This document shows, in pieces, positions 60,993-64,000 of a stretch of 64,000 nt of DNA; the stretch's first letter is position 1, and each line of letters begins with the position of its first letter. This DNA comes from an uncultured Haloferula sp. (lineage in GTDB: Bacteria > Verrucomicrobiota > Verrucomicrobiia > Verrucomicrobiales > Akkermansiaceae), in NCBI GenBank assembly GCA_965652295.1, contig CBFGTS010000016.1, positions 40,257 to 104,256 of the forward strand, written 5' to 3'. The notes beneath the pieces were generated by a model, which saw only the letters and a program-made list of their open reading frames with translations, searched no databases and had not been told where the DNA came from. The translations under genes were made by a program, and so were the position numbers.

Positions 60993-63307
60993 GGGGCCGG
61001 GGTGGCGAAGATGCGGCCGGAGCTGAGGTTGGCTTCGGCCGGCCGGGAGGGCCCGGGCTGAGGGGTGAAGAGGTGGGTTCGGCGGCTGATCTCGGAACGC
61101 GAGAGATGGAAGGCGAGGGTCGATTCGGCACCCTGGTTCTGGTTGAGATGATCGCACAGCAGGGCGTCACGACATCCTCCCGTCGTCGGATCGTAGAGCG
61201 ACAGACCGAGGTCGTTGCGCCCGAGGAACCACTCGAAACAGCGCCGCGCGTGGACCGCCCAGCTTTCATCACCGGTCAGATCATAGGCGGCCATGCAGGC
61301 GGAGACGGTCGCGTGGGCCTCGACCGGTTGCTGGTCGAAACGCGCCTTTTCCCCTCCCATCGGCCAGAAGCCATGGCAGCCGATCGGCGAGAAGTGTCCG
61401 GCCTCATGGGTCTGCTGGGCGATGAGCCACTGCAGCGAGGTGAGGCCGATCCGTTCCGCCGCCTCGTCGCCGGAAACGATCAGGGCGTGCGGGAGCTTGG
61501 CATTGTCGTACGTCGCGATGCGCTCGAACCAGTGCCAGTCCGGTGCCGAGTGGGCGCGGTAGAGATCGACCAGCCGGGCCACCAGCATCCGCTGCATGCG
61601 TGCGACCTCGCGATCGCCCTCGAAGCGCTGCAGGTATTCGTGGATGGCCACCAGGGTGAAGGCCCAGGCGCGGGGCGAACTGAAGCGGGCGACCTGCCCC
61701 AGCCCGCGCTGGAAGAGCAGCGCGCTGAGATCGCGGAAGCCGGGATTCGGGGAGTGGCCGAGCGCGGTGCCCGCCGCCCACAAGGCGCGGGCGTGGCTGT
61801 CTTCCGAGCCCTTGCGTTCCAGCCACTGCCGCTCGTGGTTCATGAAGTTGCGGAAGCGGCGCGTGTCGGCGTCGAAGGCATGCCACAGAAACGCCAGATA
61901 AGTGCCGGCCAGCCGGTCGAGGCGCTCGTCCCCGCCGTGCTCGAGCTGGTGGTGGACGGTGTAGATGAAGGCCCGGGCGTTGTCGTCCGTGCAATACGCC
62001 TCATGGAAGTTCGGCACGCTGTAGATGGCGTGCTGGAAGATGCCGGTGTGGTCGCTCATCCGCTCCAGATGGCGCAGGTCCGGCGGCGGGATCGGGTGGA
62101 TTTCCCGACCCGCCGGTCGTTCCAAGGCGGCGGCGTTCGCCGAGATGCTCAGGCCGCTGCGGGCTCGGTCGAAGCTCTCCATGTAGCGCCGGGCGACCTC
62201 CGGCCAGGTCATGCTCCGGCCTTGTTTCCACGCCCGTTTCCGCATCGCGGTCATGCGTATGGGGTGGGCCAGCAGCTCTTCCACGGCCTCGGCGATGGCG
62301 CCCGGGTCGGCGAAGGGCACCAACATCCCGCACTCTTCCGCCAGCAGCTCCGCGGCATGCCAGTAGGGCGTGGAAATGACCGCCTTCCCGGCACCGAAGG
62401 CATAGGCCAGCGTGCCGGAGGTGATCTGCTGCTCGTCGCGGTAGGGCGTCAGGTAAATGTCCGCCCCACCGATGAATTCCTTGAGTTCCTCCTGCGGGAG
62501 AAAGCGGTTGTGAAACACCACCTGGTCGGCCACGCCGAGGGATTCCGCCAACGCGATCAGCTCGTCACGATAAGCCTCCCCGGCGTGGGCGAGGACGTGC
62601 GGATGGGTGGCTCCCACCACCAGATAGACCACGTCCGGATGGCGCCGGAGAATCTCCGGCATCGCGCGGATCACCGTTTCGATCCCCTTGTTGGGAGACA
62701 GCAACCCGAAGGTCAGCAGCACCGTCTTGCCCTCGGCGTCGAAAAGGTCCTTGTAGAAATTCGAGTCCACGAAGGGCATGTCGATCACGCCATGGGGAAT
62801 CACATCGATCCGTTCGGGGCTGATCCCATAGGTGTCCACCAGCACATCGAGGCCCCGGCGGGCCATCACCACGAACCGCGCCGACAGTTGGCCGAGCCGG
62901 TCCATCACCCGCCGCTGGTCCGGGTTGGGTGATTGGAGGACGCTGTGAAGGGTCGTGACCACCGGCCGCTTCAGTTTTTCCAGGAACCCGAGGAGGTGGG
63001 ATCCCGCCGGGCCGCCGTAAATGCCGAATTCATGCTGCACGCAGACCACTTCGACGTTGTTGATCTCGAGGAAATCGGCCGCGCGTGAATACGAAGCGGG
63101 GTCGTCTTGATCGATCTCGAACCTCACCTGCGGCGGGTAATCGTAGCCGCCCGGACGGTCGTTCATTGCGGCGGCGATGCAGCTCGCGGCGGGAAATTCC
63201 GCGGCGACCGATTCGCAGAGGTCGGCCGTGAAGGTGGCGATTCCGCAACGTCGCGGCGTGTAGTTGCCGATGAAGGCGATGTGTCGGGTCGAAGGCGGCG
63301 TGCTCAT
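60989..63307 (-). CDS. GT4 glycosyltransferase fused to a C-terminal six-hairpin (alpha/alpha)6-like domain
   Basis: Y.PRRCGIATF, QHEFGIYGG, FGLLSPNKGIE, TSGTLAYA, STPYWHA; C-terminal GIFQHA, YCTDDNARA, FDQQP.EA, NQGAEST. Confidence 0.88.
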   Translation of the reverse strand: MSTPPSTRHIAFIGNYTPRRCGIATFTADLCESVAAEFPAASCIAAAMNDRPGGYDYPPQVRFEIDQDDPASYSRAADFLEINNVEVVCVQHEFGIYGGPAGSHLLGFLEKLKRPVVTTLHSVLQSPNPDQRRVMDRLGQLSARFVVMARRGLDVLVDTYGISPERIDVIPHGVIDMPFVDSNFYKDLFDAEGKTVLLTFGLLSPNKGIETVIRAMPEILRRHPDVVYLVVGATHPHVLAHAGEAYRDELIALAESLGVADQVVFHNRFLPQEELKEFIGGADIYLTPYRDEQQITSGTLAYAFGAGKAVISTPYWHAAELLAEECGMLVPFADPGAIAEAVEELLAHPIRMTAMRKRAWKQGRSMTWPEVARRYMESFDRARSGLSISANAAALERPAGREIHPIPPPDLRHLERMSDHTGIFQHAIYSVPNFHEAYCTDDNARAFIYTVHHQLEHGGDERLDRLAGTYLAFLWHAFDADTRRFRNFMNHERQWLERKGSEDSHARALWAAGTALGHSPNPGFRDLSALLFQRGLGQVARFSSPRAWAFTLVAIHEYLQRFEGDREVARMQRMLVARLVDLYRAHSAPDWHWFERIATYDNAKLPHALIVSGDEAAERIGLTSLQWLIAQQTHEAGHFSPIGCHGFWPMGGEKARFDQQPVEAHATVSACMAAYDLTGDESWAVHARRCFEWFLGRNDLGLSLYDPTTGGCRDALLCDHLNQNQGAESTLAFHLSRSEISRRTHLFTPQPGPSRPAEANLSSGRIFATPAP

Positions 63308-64000
63308 GCTTGCAGGGTGGAAATCGAAACGATCTCGCGCCCTGAACGGCGGGGGGATCCCTGGGAAGACCCCGACAAAAAGCCATCAAACGGCTTCTTA
63401 CGAAACGACGAGACAGTCGTGCCGGCGAAACCGAAGTCAATTTCTATTTGTGATGTGGAGAGCGCACGAATCCGCGCCGACGTCGCCTCCGCCCCCACCG
63501 CCCTGGCGCTTCAGCTCGGTGGGAACATCCCTCTCATCGCCGCTCATCATTCCGGCCACCCCGAGTAGACCGCCGACTACTTCGACCAGTTCCTCCTCGA
63601 AGACTCTACCCACAACAAGGACGACTCCGAGCCCCTGCAACCGGCGGCGTGGTGTACTGGAGCCGCCCTATTTGACGGGCGTATCCTCAGTCAGGCTGGA
63701 TATCCACCGTGGCTCCCCATTTCATCTCCCGAGGGAGAGAACGGAACCACCCCGCTGCCACGAACGCCCGGATCTTCGCACCCTCCTCCACTGTCCTCAT
63801 TCGCGATCCCGCTCCATTCCCCAACTCCGAAGGGGGGGCTGGGAACGCCCCATTTGTTCGAGCATCAAGGCTCCCTTTGACGACTCCGGTGAAAGGATTG
63901 CTTGTGCTTGTTTTCTAGGACCGACCCCGGACCGAGGACCGACCCGAATGGCGCGGGAATAAGACGCAATTCGTTGATTATTAGAGGCAGAAAGTCGGCC

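Noticed and set aside
63107..63962. ORF-track ORFs at the right end; stop-codon readthrough at TAG 63566
   Set aside because: No recognisable domains, partial overlap with GT4, and no pyl/sel machinery or recoding signal visible.

Overview
GC-rich bacterial window with no rRNA, tRNA, CRISPR array or intact transposase. Gene content (many CAZymes, the LacI type, a C-terminal 'S.DL..W...FYR' tail, Tat-Gfo/Idh/MocA) suggests Verrucomicrobiota (Haloferula/Luteolibacter-like); this is inference. Five blocks: (1) a GntR-controlled alpha-mannoside locus (GH92, long mannose-6-phosphate isomerase, sugar porter) with two perfect operators; (2) a TetR-controlled RND pump followed by a HerA/DUF87-like ATPase; (3) an ~18 kb putative phosphate-scavenging island (15.9-33.7 kb): di-CxxCH protein, Tat-exported PhoX-like protein, TonB-dependent receptor, a large surface protein with an internal 1497-bp tandem duplication, a six-gene TtpB/TtpC/ExbB/ExbD/TonB/TPR energiser and an OprO/P-like porin, with shared GTGACG/CGTCAC boxes in the intergenic regions; (4) mixed genes followed by a SusC/D-less glycan locus (GH43, SSS, beta-helix, LacI, GH88, GH36, esterase-like, ABC exporter, beta-propeller, GH43); (5) a GT4-(alpha/alpha)6 fusion + GH130 + unannotated 51-aa basic peptide operon. 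The island in (3) is the best candidate for an undescribed system. All family calls come from motifs recognised by eye; no searches were run.
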